From a virus: a stretch of DNA of 64,000 nt. The first letter of the stretch is position 1. Every line of letters starts with the position of its first letter. The stretch lies in the IMG/VR virus record IMGVR_UViG_3300030002_000007, positions 17,479 through 81,478 of that record; one strand, given 5' to 3'. The notes beneath the pieces are model-generated. The model saw only the letters and a list, made by a program, of their open reading frames with translations. It was not told the DNA's origin and made no database searches. The position numbers were made by a program, and so were the translations under genes. This document shows, piece by piece, positions 1 through 9,137 of this stretch.

Positions 1-1
1 C

Positions 2-1267
2 ACGATGCTTTGCCCATGCGGGGTGGAAGCCATTACCCATGTCCATCGTGAAACGATACAGCGCCCGGCACATGTCGGTCAGTCCGGAGGGCGCGGTGAT
101 GTTCAAGAGTTCAGACATCTTGATCTGACCCTTCAGCATCGCCACCGTAGCTTCGTTTACCACAGCATACATCTGGAACATGGTGTGCATACCGTGCAAC
201 GCATTCCCCATCGCCGCCAGCTTGAAGGCTAACGGGTTCCCGGCTACGTAGCAGATCGGGCAATTGCAAGGCAGCGCAAAGCTGAACGTCTGATTCGGAA
301 TTGCAAAGTTCGCGATCTTCGATTCCATCGTGTGCCGGATACCCAAGCTGCTGTGCGAGATCGCAGCCTGTGCATACGTTGACGAATCCGAACTGATGAA
401 TGGCGCCATACCAAGTGCAGTAAGGATGATGTAGATCGAGATCATGAATGGGTTGGTGGTTCCCAAGACGTGATACCTTTCGTACTCACCCTTCGTCAAA
501 TCTAGGACTGCCGACAAATTCACAACTGCCATGAGCTGTGAAGTGAATGCGGTGTCGTAGTTGGCCTGACCGATACCGCCCAACGCTAACCCTACCCCGG
601 CCTTGTGCTTCATGATGTACTCGGTGAACCTCAACCGATTCGCCAACGTGAGGCCGTGACTCACATCATAGATCGCGGCTTCACTGTTCAGGCTCTTCAG
701 ATGACCAGCAATGTACTTGTCGTTCAAAGCTGTCACTCGGGCCATCCTCATAAACCACTCCGTGTCTTGCAAGTGGCGAGAAAGCGGAATGTCCAAGCCG
801 ATGCCGTAGTCAACGTGGCGGTGATAATGATTGACCAGCTTGTCGGGTTCAATGAACGTCTCAACGCCCTTCGACAACTGGAAGCCACCTGAGTCAGAAA
901 AGATCTTCACCAAGCCGTTACGCTTGTGGTACGCATCCGGATGCTCGGGCAGCACCATCATGTGGTTGTATCCGATCGACTTCAGCATCTCCGGGTTACT
1001 TAACGGAGACAAAGGGAAGCACACATCGAACGCTTCGGACGCAATGCCTGCTGACGAAACGGAACCCATGCCGTAATACACAGTGCGATCGGGTAGGTAC
1101 ATCGTATCCAACCCGAGCTTGCGCTCTACGGTGTAGGGAGGCTTTTTTGGCTTACCAAACTTCGCCGCGAAGTAACTGTTCCGCGAGATCGAACAGACTG
1201 AGGCCGGCATGATCTCGACCTTAGCTGTACGACGGATTTCAACCGATGGCTTCTTTTGGGTATTCAT
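2..1267 (-). CDS. TGT-family transglycosylase (DpdA-like guanine/7-deazaguanine exchange enzyme); 3' end runs off the window
   Basis: Not in the ORF track; translated by hand from ATG at 1267 (MNTQKKPSVEIRRTAK...). Motifs IFSDSGGFQ, GLDIP, YDVSHG, LALGG, YHVLG, SSDSS and Zn site CNCPIC...LH. Overlaps the queC stop. Confidence 0.85.
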   Translation of the reverse strand, partial: MNTQKKPSVEIRRTAKVEIMPASVCSISRNSYFAAKFGKPKKPPYTVERKLGLDTMYLPDRTVYYGMGSVSSAGIASEAFDVCFPLSPLSNPEMLKSIGYNHMMVLPEHPDAYHKRNGLVKIFSDSGGFQLSKGVETFIEPDKLVNHYHRHVDYGIGLDIPLSRHLQDTEWFMRMARVTALNDKYIAGHLKSLNSEAAIYDVSHGLTLANRLRFTEYIMKHKAGVGLALGGIGQANYDTAFTSQLMAVVNLSAVLDLTKGEYERYHVLGTTNPFMISIYIILTALGMAPFISSDSSTYAQAAISHSSLGIRHTMESKIANFAIPNQTFSFALPCNCPICYVAGNPLAFKLAAMGNALHGMHTMFQMYAVVNEATVAMLKGQIKMSELLNITAPSGLTDMCRALYRFTMDMGNGFHPAWAKHR

Positions 1268-1994
1268 AATCAATCATCTCGAGGGCCGGAAGGATTTCCT
1301 GTTTTCTGTGATCGTCGTAGTACGTGCCATAGAGCATCTCGTAAATGATGCGCTGGTTCTCTTCGACGTTCAAGGGATAGATGTTGTACTTCTCAGTCAG
1401 TCCCAACTGCGTGAAAATTCCCCAACGCCTGAAACAGACGACACACGCCCCACATTTGCCAGCCTCGCCAGAAAGACACGAAGAGGAATCAATGATCTCC
1501 TGAGCAGGGAGGCCGGCATCCAACGCCCACTTGGTAGCTGTGAACTTGTTGAAGCCCGCATCAGCAAGAGGAAAGCGCACTTGGATCTTCGTCTTGAACG
1601 GAGACAGTACATAATTCAAGGTGCGATTTGCATGCTCGAGGAACTCGTAGTTCTTGTCGGTGCCATGCGCGACTGTCTCACCGAGAAGGGCACCCATCCA
1701 GATTTCGTCAGGCAGGTCAGCGCAAGCAACCAGAGTAGCAAGCACCAAGTTGCGACCGGGGATGTAAATGTTACCCGACGTGCTGCCTTCCTTCGCTGCG
1801 GCAGCCTTGCCACCGAGCCAATCGAGCTTGCGACGAATCACGTAGTCGGGGAGGGCGGCCATTTCCTTCTCAAGGTACTCTTGGCCTATATCGTAGAACA
1901 CGCAAACAACTTCGGCTTCAGGGAAATAGAACTCGGCGTACTTCTTCATAATGAGCGAATCAAGTCCGCCAGAAAACAGGATGACGATTTTCAT
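1239..1994 (-). CDS. queC: 7-cyano-7-deazaguanine synthase (QueC family)
   Basis: PP-loop FSGGLDS, YIPGRNLVL, C-terminal SC...CGACVVCFRR Zn motif. Confidence 0.9.
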   Translation of the reverse strand: MKIVILFSGGLDSLIMKKYAEFYFPEAEVVCVFYDIGQEYLEKEMAALPDYVIRRKLDWLGGKAAAAKEGSTSGNIYIPGRNLVLATLVACADLPDEIWMGALLGETVAHGTDKNYEFLEHANRTLNYVLSPFKTKIQVRFPLADAGFNKFTATKWALDAGLPAQEIIDSSSCLSGEAGKCGACVVCFRRWGIFTQLGLTEKYNIYPLNVEENQRIIYEMLYGTYYDDHRKQEILPALEMIDYEYPKEAIG

Positions 1995-1996
1995 GA

Positions 1997-2236
1997 CTAG
2001 TCCTTCTTCATGAGATCAACGATGGGGAGGTCAACCATAGCACGGACGACTCGGACTTCAGCACCTTCGGACACTTCAACGATCCGGGCAACAACGCCGG
2101 AACGAGTCGTGATAACAGCGCCGTCAGGGCTCGCTACTGCTTCCTGAAACATCGCAGTCAGCCGACTCAGATCCTCTGCCGAGGGGTTCCAGTCAGGCCC
2201 ACCCGCTTCGATATGCAAAATTTGACGTAAGCTCAT
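1997..2236 (-). CDS. small protein resembling an internal segment of jumbo-phage portal proteins
   Basis: RBS GAAGGAG; ILHIEAGGPDWNPSAEDL...F..A...PDGAVITTRSGV; resemblance recalled, not searched. Confidence 0.45.
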   Translation of the reverse strand: MSLRQILHIEAGGPDWNPSAEDLSRLTAMFQEAVASPDGAVITTRSGVVARIVEVSEGAEVRVVRAMVDLPIVDLMKKD

Positions 2237-2240
2237 TGCT

Positions 2241-2747
2241 CTACTCCTTCTGTGAATTGGTTGAAGTACCGTCGCGGAACAATCCGTGGTCACCTTCGAC
2301 CACTCGATCCATTTCTTCGTAAGGGAACACTACCCAGTTGGGAGTGATCAACGCAGTCGACTGTGCAATGTGCGCGAAGTCTCCACCGTCGTACCGAGAG
2401 TCGATCACCGCTGGATAGATTTCGTAATTGAGAGTATCCGGTGCCCACTTCATGTGCGCGTGAATGCACTGAACGGTTCTGCCTGTAGCTATCACGTCTT
2501 CGAGATAGACGTAAGTAGCATCGCGCTCCACAGGCTCCGCGTAGTTCCGCGAGGGATGTAACGACTGACCCGACGCCGGGTAGTAAGTGCCAACAGGCAT
2601 TGCCAACTTGTAGCCAACCAGCTGGGCCAAGGTCATGCCGCCGCGTACCACAGCAAACAAGTAGGGGTTGGTGATCCGCGCCTTGATGTCTTCTGCAATG
2701 GCATAGGCAATCTTCTGCAGCTCAGCATACGTCATCTGGTGTTTCAT
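2241..2747 (-). CDS. type I phosphoribosyltransferase (Gpt/xanthine PRT-like)
   Basis: AVVRGG, PRPP-binding VYLEDVIATGRT, WVVFPYE; RBS AAGGAG. Confidence 0.85.
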   Translation of the reverse strand: MKHQMTYAELQKIAYAIAEDIKARITNPYLFAVVRGGMTLAQLVGYKLAMPVGTYYPASGQSLHPSRNYAEPVERDATYVYLEDVIATGRTVQCIHAHMKWAPDTLNYEIYPAVIDSRYDGGDFAHIAQSTALITPNWVVFPYEEMDRVVEGDHGLFRDGTSTNSQKE

Positions 2748-2749
2748 GT

Positions 2750-3916
2750 TTACTCCTTTACTGGTGAGGGCCAAGGTTTACGATTTCTGAATTTCTGATC
2801 TTCGAGTGCCCAATCGATACCAATGTGATCTTGGGCGAATGGGTGCCACGCTCTCCGACCTGTCCACGAGGTATCTGGATCACTCCAGAACTCATTCAAC
2901 GGACTCAAGCCAAGAGGGAGTAGGAAGAACGCTGTGGCATACAAGCTGCCGGTGCTGATGTAAGAATCTGCGAGGGCTTCATCCACGGACACTAGTCCCG
3001 GTGTCAAGAAGCCTTCTGAGAACATGTGAGGCAGCATCAACTTCAGCGAGGCAGTCAGCGCACATCGAACTGCTGCGGGCCTTATGCCTGTATTTACAAT
3101 GTCACCATGGAGGGCGCCGTAGGCAAGTGCGTAGAAGGCACCGAGCCGATAAACGATTGAACGTCCGATTGCCGGGAAGCTTCCCGTCTCTGAGAACTGG
3201 CGCTCTTGGATTTCGAGGAAGCGCAAATAGCGAGCAACAAACACATCCCCCGTAGCTAAGGCGAAGGCACCCGGTATGGCTTTCATCAAATCTTGGATCG
3301 CCGGATGTACCACGATACTGTTGTAGTAGTTGGAGCTGTACAGTGGGCCATCACCATAGATACCATCTCCAACATAGAAGCCATTGAAGGTGTGGATGGC
3401 TCGACGCACTGCACTCGAATATTGACTGGCGTACGTAATGTCCGTCTCTTGCACGTACAGGAATGCGGTGACCAATGCCTTCTGCAGAATCCAGTTGTTG
3501 TCGTAGACGGGCATCATGTTGACAGACTGCAGCCAATGAACGAACGAGTGCCGTCCGTAAGAGTCCATCGCCTTCCAAAGCTTGGGACTCCGAGTGAACG
3601 CCTGACACAAGTATCCAGCCTCAATCACGCTCTGCTGCTCCAGCGCAGGTCCTCCGCTGTTGAACAGCGCGCGGAGGCATTCAACAGCCGAGTCATAGAG
3701 CTGATGACGCCTACGCAATTCGGTCTCAGTACACACTGGCATCGACAAGTCCGCTTGGAACCAAGGAGCAAGACCGCAGGTGGTTCTCGCAATAGCCTCG
3801 AGCTCAGAGCTTACAGGATTGCCAGTATGCAGCTCCGGCATCTTCGCACCAGAGTAGACTGGGGTTGCCAGCTGGACAGCAAAATTCACCCACAGCTTAC
3901 GTGCTTCATTTCGCAT
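2750..3916 (-). CDS. DUF2264-like protein (putative glycan-acting alpha/alpha barrel)
   Basis: LEAIAR..GLAPW, NNWIL, YVGDGIYGDG, YYNSIVVHP, GRSIVYRLGAF, YISTGSLY; start chosen at MRNEARKLW. Confidence 0.75.
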   Translation of the reverse strand: MRNEARKLWVNFAVQLATPVYSGAKMPELHTGNPVSSELEAIARTTCGLAPWFQADLSMPVCTETELRRRHQLYDSAVECLRALFNSGGPALEQQSVIEAGYLCQAFTRSPKLWKAMDSYGRHSFVHWLQSVNMMPVYDNNWILQKALVTAFLYVQETDITYASQYSSAVRRAIHTFNGFYVGDGIYGDGPLYSSNYYNSIVVHPAIQDLMKAIPGAFALATGDVFVARYLRFLEIQERQFSETGSFPAIGRSIVYRLGAFYALAYGALHGDIVNTGIRPAAVRCALTASLKLMLPHMFSEGFLTPGLVSVDEALADSYISTGSLYATAFFLLPLGLSPLNEFWSDPDTSWTGRRAWHPFAQDHIGIDWALEDQKFRNRKPWPSPVKE

Positions 3917-4697
3917 AGTGATCACCTGTCCATGAACCGCCAATGAACGCATGCTCCATACCCATGTGGATTGCTTCACATCCAGTCACTAGCGTGATCT
4001 CGATCTTGTTCTCGTTGAGCAGCTCTTCAAGGCGAACATCGTAACCGCGAACACCCTTCACTTTGAACTTCTCGAGTATGTCGTCCCATAGCTCTGGAGC
4101 CTTCCACAACGCCTTGGGCAAACAATAGAGCTGTGTGATCGCCGGGTACTTGTGGTGGTAGGCCACTTGCTCGAAGCGATGGTGCTTTGCCTTGTCCATT
4201 TCCATGCCGGGCGTGCGAAGGTATGCGAACATCGAAGGAAAGATCTCGGTCGTGTAGTCAGCGTAACCCCGACTATCGTTTGCATCTACCACGCCCAAAG
4301 TCGCAACGCGATGAGTCTTAGCACGATGGACGCATTGCTTCAGGCGATACCACGCATGTCTAGGAACAAGAAGGTCGTCATCAAGGTTGATGAAGAAGTC
4401 AAACTCAATCAGCGGATCGACGTTGCGCTTAGTGTGGGCAACCGACATATCAGCTGGAACGGCCTTGACGATCAGTGCGTTACCTGTGAACTCAGCGAGC
4501 AGCTTAAGGTACGGGAACGGAGAGCATTCAGGCACTTCCCCGTAATGCTGGATGTTGAAGATAGCACCACTGACTGAAGTCATGACGGCTGCGAGTGTCA
4601 TCGGCAGCAGGTGGTAACGCGACGGGCTTGTTGTTGTGAGGAACAGAAAACCATCTAGTGATGTTTGACTAGAGGTCGTTGCTCTGGGGTGTGACAT
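3906..4697 (-). CDS. GT-A fold glycosyltransferase-like protein
   Basis: N-terminal hydrophobic strand + TTSPSRYHLL, FFINLDDDLLV DxD motif, late GYD and C-terminal H. Confidence 0.6.
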   Translation of the reverse strand: MSHPRATTSSQTSLDGFLFLTTTSPSRYHLLPMTLAAVMTSVSGAIFNIQHYGEVPECSPFPYLKLLAEFTGNALIVKAVPADMSVAHTKRNVDPLIEFDFFINLDDDLLVPRHAWYRLKQCVHRAKTHRVATLGVVDANDSRGYADYTTEIFPSMFAYLRTPGMEMDKAKHHRFEQVAYHHKYPAITQLYCLPKALWKAPELWDDILEKFKVKGVRGYDVRLEELLNENKIEITLVTGCEAIHMGMEHAFIGGSWTGDHYAK

Positions 4698-5152
4698 GAA
4701 TACTCCCTGACAAATGAAAGGACTGACTTGCGTAGTACGATAACAGCACTAGGAATATCCTCTACAGACGAGACCTCTAGGAAGGTCGTTGCTTCGACTG
4801 GAGAGGGAGGAACAAACAAGACTGCAGTGTCAGGATAAGGGCACGGCTGACCGGTGTTCATGTAGACGAGAATGTCCGGCTGCACTATGTGGCGATACTC
4901 GACGCACAGGCAGGCGAAGTCCAAGATGGCCACCGCATTCAGTGAGCCACAGTTGAGCCTCGCCAGTCTTGCCATGCGTACAGCTTGATGCCAACGACCT
5001 GTATCGGAGAAGTCCCAGTCGTCGTACATCGCGTGGATGTCATCTTCATTCAGCCAAGTGGCATTCACGGTGTCGATCAACGCCGCGTGCAGGGCCTTAG
5101 CTAGTAGGGACTTGCCCGAATTAGGCAGTCCCATAACAAGGACCTTAATCAC
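4655..5152 (-). CDS. adenylyl-sulfate kinase (CysC)-like P-loop kinase
   Basis: VLVMGLPNSGKS, WLNED...DDWDFSDTGR.Q..RM, ILDF, YPDT..LF.PP; GTG start 3 nt after queD stop. Confidence 0.75.
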   Translation of the reverse strand: MIKVLVMGLPNSGKSLLAKALHAALIDTVNATWLNEDDIHAMYDDWDFSDTGRWHQAVRMARLARLNCGSLNAVAILDFACLCVEYRHIVQPDILVYMNTGQPCPYPDTAVLFVPPSPVEATTFLEVSSVEDIPSAVIVLRKSVLSFVREYSCHTPEQRPLVKHH

Positions 5153-5154
5153 GA

Positions 5155-5757
5155 CTATTCCTGAACGTAAAGCGAATGGCTCTTCGGAGTCTCCCACCAG
5201 TCTACAGACGCCACGCGACACAGGCGCTGCATCTTCCACGCGACAATATCGAACATCCACTTACTGAGGTTCTCACTCGTCGGCACGAAGTCGACGATGA
5301 AGAAGCTTTCCAGATACTCGCGCATATGGATCGGAAGCTCCGGAGGAAGCATGATGCGACGACCCACGACCATCTGCGAATACATGCCGCCGCTATTCGG
5401 AGAGTTGGCAACGTCCGTGCGTTCGATCTTCCACGGATACAGAATTGCGTCCGGGTGGCCGGGCATATTGAGCAACGACTGCATGAGAGGATCATTAACG
5501 TCGATGATGAAGTGGTGATCGATGATCTGGTTCAGGAACGTCTTGAGCCATTCGAGGTGACGGAAATCCGTGACCATGCCATTGCGGAGTTCGATGCCAC
5601 CGAGCAGCGAAGTGAGCGTAACGTCTACCTTGCCTTCGTGGCCGTGCAGATGTCGGCAAGCACACAGAAGATCGCTGGCGAACTCAGAGTCAAGAGTCTG
5701 ACTCCACACGCGGTGACCATAACAGAATTCGACGGCCTTCGTTATAAAGTGGGGCAT
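5155..5757 (-). CDS. queD: 6-carboxy-5,6,7,8-tetrahydropterin synthase (QueD)
   Basis: FCYGHR, CRHLHGH, MVTDF, DHHF, PTSENLS, WETP. Confidence 0.92.
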   Translation of the reverse strand: MPHFITKAVEFCYGHRVWSQTLDSEFASDLLCACRHLHGHEGKVDVTLTSLLGGIELRNGMVTDFRHLEWLKTFLNQIIDHHFIIDVNDPLMQSLLNMPGHPDAILYPWKIERTDVANSPNSGGMYSQMVVGRRIMLPPELPIHMREYLESFFIVDFVPTSENLSKWMFDIVAWKMQRLCRVASVDWWETPKSHSLYVQE

Positions 5758-5759
5758 TG

Positions 5760-6068
5760 CTATTCCTTTCGGGGTGTGATGATTGAAATATCGACCTTGC
5801 GGGTATCGGATAGCTTGAAGCTCATTACTTTGGCACAAGCTACGTTGGAGATCTCGGTAACATCGCCACCGAGCAGTTTGGGGAGGACGGTGATTATGAG
5901 CTTCATGTGGTTGCTGTCTTCAGTCCTAGGCACAGCAACCAGATCAAGATCGTTGTCGCTATAGCCGTTGTTCAACACCCCACCAGCCAAGGCTAGGTAG
6001 TAGCCTGCCGCCATGACCTCAGGTTGCATAACGCGAATTAACCGAAGGGCTTCATCAGTCGTCCACAT
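5760..6068 (-). CDS. minimal Pol-beta-type nucleotidyltransferase-like protein
   Basis: LAGGVLNNGYSDNDLDLVAV (hG[GS]..DxD) plus downstream KVDI. Confidence 0.55.
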   Translation of the reverse strand: MWTTDEALRLIRVMQPEVMAAGYYLALAGGVLNNGYSDNDLDLVAVPRTEDSNHMKLIITVLPKLLGGDVTEISNVACAKVMSFKLSDTRKVDISIITPRKE

Positions 6069-6274
6069 CACAGACCCATCCATTTTGTTACGGCAGAGAA
6101 TCCCGGAGCCTTTTCCCACAACCAGTGTTCAATAGGAAAGCCCAATGTAGTGCCTATCCAGAACGAGGAGTCCATCAACACTGATTTACAGGAATGGTAA
6201 CAGGAAACCAGAAGCCCAGTGCGGTCATAGTGATAGTGGCGCTTGCCGGCCTCAGTCTTTGGAAACTTTATCAT
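6068..6274 (-). CDS. hypothetical protein
   Basis: Coupled ORF in the operon. Confidence 0.6.
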   Translation of the reverse strand: MIKFPKTEAGKRHYHYDRTGLLVSCYHSCKSVLMDSSFWIGTTLGFPIEHWLWEKAPGFSAVTKWMGL

Positions 6275-7268
6275 GCGTCATCCTCGCGTATGAAAGCGTT
6301 TTGTCGACGAGATCCTGAACGCGCTTCGGGAGCTTCTTGCCCATAAGGAAGAAGGCAACTGACTCGGCGATCAGCTCATACACCGATTTTGTCGCGTATT
6401 CGGAAACGATAGGAGCCAAATCCTTCTTGTGCAAAGTACGGATAGGCCACAGTGCTTTGATCTCGTCAAGGTCGCCAGACTCGAACAGCATGTCGAGCTC
6501 TTTGATCCCTACTGCGTGATCGGCCTTGATAAGGCGAATGATCTGCCGGTAGGCCAACGCATCTTCTTCCTCGAGATCAGACACGAAGCCTGATGGGAAA
6601 GTCTGCCCACCGACCAAGTTGTCGAGAAGCTTCTGGCTCAATGCTTTCGGCACAGTAGCCAGCTTGATGGACGTATTGAACTCGATCACCCACCTGGCCA
6701 TCAGCTTGGGATGGTTGGCATACAGGCGATTGAGTTGGTGCGCCAGCTCGTGATAGATGACGTAGGGGAATTCGGTCGGCACCATCTTCTCAGGGCGAAT
6801 GAGGAAGCGATGCGGGTTCTTTTCTGGCTTGGTGGAATGTTTGTACATCCCTGCATACTTGCCGCCACCCTTGGCACTACGGATTTCCCACACGCCGTCG
6901 CCCATGAGAAAATCAAGGCGATTCTTCTTCAGGGTCTTCGCTGCAATGTTGAAGGCTGACATGACTGAAGTGCCGACGTCCTTCTTGACGCGATACAGGA
7001 ACGAGATCTGACCGAAGTCGTCATGCTGCTTCGTGACTACGTGATAGGTAATGTCCACGCCGTAGATAGAACCATGCCGAGGCTCTTGCCCAAGGTTGAG
7101 CACTATGTCGGCAGGTACAACTTCGATGGGTGTGCGGCGAACCGTAACGTGATAGTCTTTGGCGAGAAACCCGTGAATGGTTCCTTTCGACAAAGACATG
7201 ACCTGCATCAGGAACGTCTGCTTCTGCTGCTCACACAGCAGGTAGTCTTTTACTTGAACTGTACTCAT
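6252..7268 (-). CDS. HExxH zinc metallopeptidase-like protein
   Basis: VIYHELAH and downstream VSEYATKSVYELIAE. Confidence 0.6.
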   Translation of the reverse strand: MSTVQVKDYLLCEQQKQTFLMQVMSLSKGTIHGFLAKDYHVTVRRTPIEVVPADIVLNLGQEPRHGSIYGVDITYHVVTKQHDDFGQISFLYRVKKDVGTSVMSAFNIAAKTLKKNRLDFLMGDGVWEIRSAKGGGKYAGMYKHSTKPEKNPHRFLIRPEKMVPTEFPYVIYHELAHQLNRLYANHPKLMARWVIEFNTSIKLATVPKALSQKLLDNLVGGQTFPSGFVSDLEEEDALAYRQIIRLIKADHAVGIKELDMLFESGDLDEIKALWPIRTLHKKDLAPIVSEYATKSVYELIAESVAFFLMGKKLPKRVQDLVDKTLSYARMTHDKVSKD

Positions 7269-7289
7269 GATTAGTGCCCAAAGTAGAGT

Positions 7290-7320
7290 AGGGGTGCCCT
7301 CTAGTTACAAGAGCACCCCT
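7290..7320. terminator. intergenic hairpin / possible terminator
   Basis: AGGGGTGC...GCACCCCT inverted repeat. Confidence 0.4.
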
Positions 7321-7340
7321 GACTTGTGGAGGAAGCGGAA

Positions 7341-8225
7341 TTACGAAACTGCGACGACGGGGGCTGCGGGCGCCACAGCTGCATCCGGACCTGCGACAAC
7401 TGCAGCGGGGGCGACTGCCGCTTCAACTGCCACCGGGACGGTACCGAGTTCTTGTTGCAGCTTTTGATCGACAGCTTCAGGCGAATCGGAACCCAAGTGC
7501 AGACAGACGACGCTGTGCTTCTTCGACATCTTCGGGAAGACACCGAGATACGTCGACCAGTTCACCGTGAATGAATCTGTGACGACAAATGACGGGATCA
7601 CGCCGGACACGCTGTCTGGATCGAACAGTGACTCGAGGCCTTCGATTGTGACGCCGGCTTGCTCAAGGACTTTGCGGTCGAATTCGATGATGTGGTCGGT
7701 AAGGCCTTCGTTGAGCAACGGGTTCTGTGAATACGCGACGACTGCGGAGTTGAGGGTCAGCGCTGCGAGATGATGAACTGGCAAGGCTTCTTGCGTGAAT
7801 GACACCAAGGAAGGCTCCAGTACTGCTGTCAAGTCAACGCCTTCACGGCCGTCATCGACGACTTCATCATCGGCGTCAGGGGCTTCGTCGGTGATCTCGA
7901 GTTCGAGGCCATCGTCTTCAGGAACTTCTTCTGCATCCGTCTCGCCAGCTTCTTCCATATCGCTGAGATCGCGGTAGGCGAGAAGCTGATCGACCATGCT
8001 TTCGACCTCAGGGGCAACATTGAAGAACGTGCGCTCTTCCATGAACAGATCGAGGGGCTTCGTGAGGACTTGCCCGTCTTCGCTCAGGAACACAGCTTGC
8101 GGAGGGAACCGCTCTTGAACCCGAGGCTTGAGCTCCAAGTTGCTGATGAACAGGAGCGTTGATTTCTTGCCGGCTTCGTTGATCCAGACTGCACCGGGCG
8201 TCATGAACGTAATATCGTTGGACAT
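7341..8225 (-). CDS. acidic hypothetical protein
   Basis: Long ORF with RBS, D/E-rich linker, Ala/Pro/Val tail. Confidence 0.75.
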   Translation of the reverse strand: MSNDITFMTPGAVWINEAGKKSTLLFISNLELKPRVQERFPPQAVFLSEDGQVLTKPLDLFMEERTFFNVAPEVESMVDQLLAYRDLSDMEEAGETDAEEVPEDDGLELEITDEAPDADDEVVDDGREGVDLTAVLEPSLVSFTQEALPVHHLAALTLNSAVVAYSQNPLLNEGLTDHIIEFDRKVLEQAGVTIEGLESLFDPDSVSGVIPSFVVTDSFTVNWSTYLGVFPKMSKKHSVVCLHLGSDSPEAVDQKLQQELGTVPVAVEAAVAPAAVVAGPDAAVAPAAPVVAVS

Positions 8226-8302
8226 CTTTTTTCTTTCCTTTGCTTTGTTGTAGTTGAACATCACCATGGTTTGCTACATCGAGTATTTACAGTATTGAGT
8301 TT

Positions 8303-8608
8303 TCACTTGTCGGCAATCTTCTTTCCGGCGGCGCCCTTGATCGTGTTGATAAGGACCAGCTTGCCGGAAGCACAGGACTCGTGCGACGTGACCCAAGTGT
8401 TAAGGACTTGGATCAACTCGTTCTCAGTGTAGGGTCGAAGCTCGAGCATTGGCAACGGAGCACAGGGGAGCAACTGCTCAGCGGGGATGTGCACGGACTT
8501 CACTGACGCTGCAACGTCCAAGGTGCCGTCATCCTTGGGAGGATTGGGAGCACATGCCGAAAGGAGAAATGCTAGGCTAAGAACGAGGAACAAAGAAATG
8601 CGTTTCAT
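8303..8608 (-). CDS. outer-membrane spanin (Rz1-like lipoprotein)
   Basis: Signal peptide with lipobox LSAC, Pro-rich, further Cys; overlaps the i-spanin 3' end. Confidence 0.7.
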   Translation of the reverse strand: MKRISLFLVLSLAFLLSACAPNPPKDDGTLDVAASVKSVHIPAEQLLPCAPLPMLELRPYTENELIQVLNTWVTSHESCASGKLVLINTIKGAAGKKIADK

Positions 8609-9137
8609 CAGATGCCTCCAGAAGTTGATTGACAATTTGCGCGTTGATAACTGACAGGCCACAAGCAAGCCCAGTACTTGGATCAGGGGACTGCATAGGT
8701 TCTTCACTTGCAGGTGGTGAACTTGTACCTGGAACAGTAGAAGGCTTCACAGGAATCTTGACCGGAGGTTTCGACTTTGGATCGCCACCAACAACTTGAG
8801 GCTGAGGCTTCAATGCTTCATTCAGGATCTTGTCGCGGGCCGTTGCCGATGTGTCGCCCTGTACTTTCGTGTTGGACAGTGTATCAGTCATGGCATCCTG
8901 CCCACCCTTGGCAGAGGTAACATCAGCTACGACCTGAGTGTTGACCTTGAGCTGCAATGCTGTGATCTTTGCATTCAGATCTTTGATCTCTTTCTGATCG
9001 GCTGAGGTCTGAAACACCACGCCGGCTTTGTAGCCACCGGCAGCCCCGATACCCATCAGGACAATGGCGGCTAGAACATAAAACGCGATCTTGACTAACA
9101 GGCTGTTACCACCTGTCCCTACGTCGAGCAGACTCAT
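8577..9137 (-). CDS. inner-membrane spanin (Rz-like)
   Basis: N-terminal TM helix, coiled coil, Pro-rich linker, C-terminal Cys. Confidence 0.65.
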   Translation of the reverse strand: MSLLDVGTGGNSLLVKIAFYVLAAIVLMGIGAAGGYKAGVVFQTSADQKEIKDLNAKITALQLKVNTQVVADVTSAKGGQDAMTDTLSNTKVQGDTSATARDKILNEALKPQPQVVGGDPKSKPPVKIPVKPSTVPGTSSPPASEEPMQSPDPSTGLACGLSVINAQIVNQLLEASDETHFFVPRS

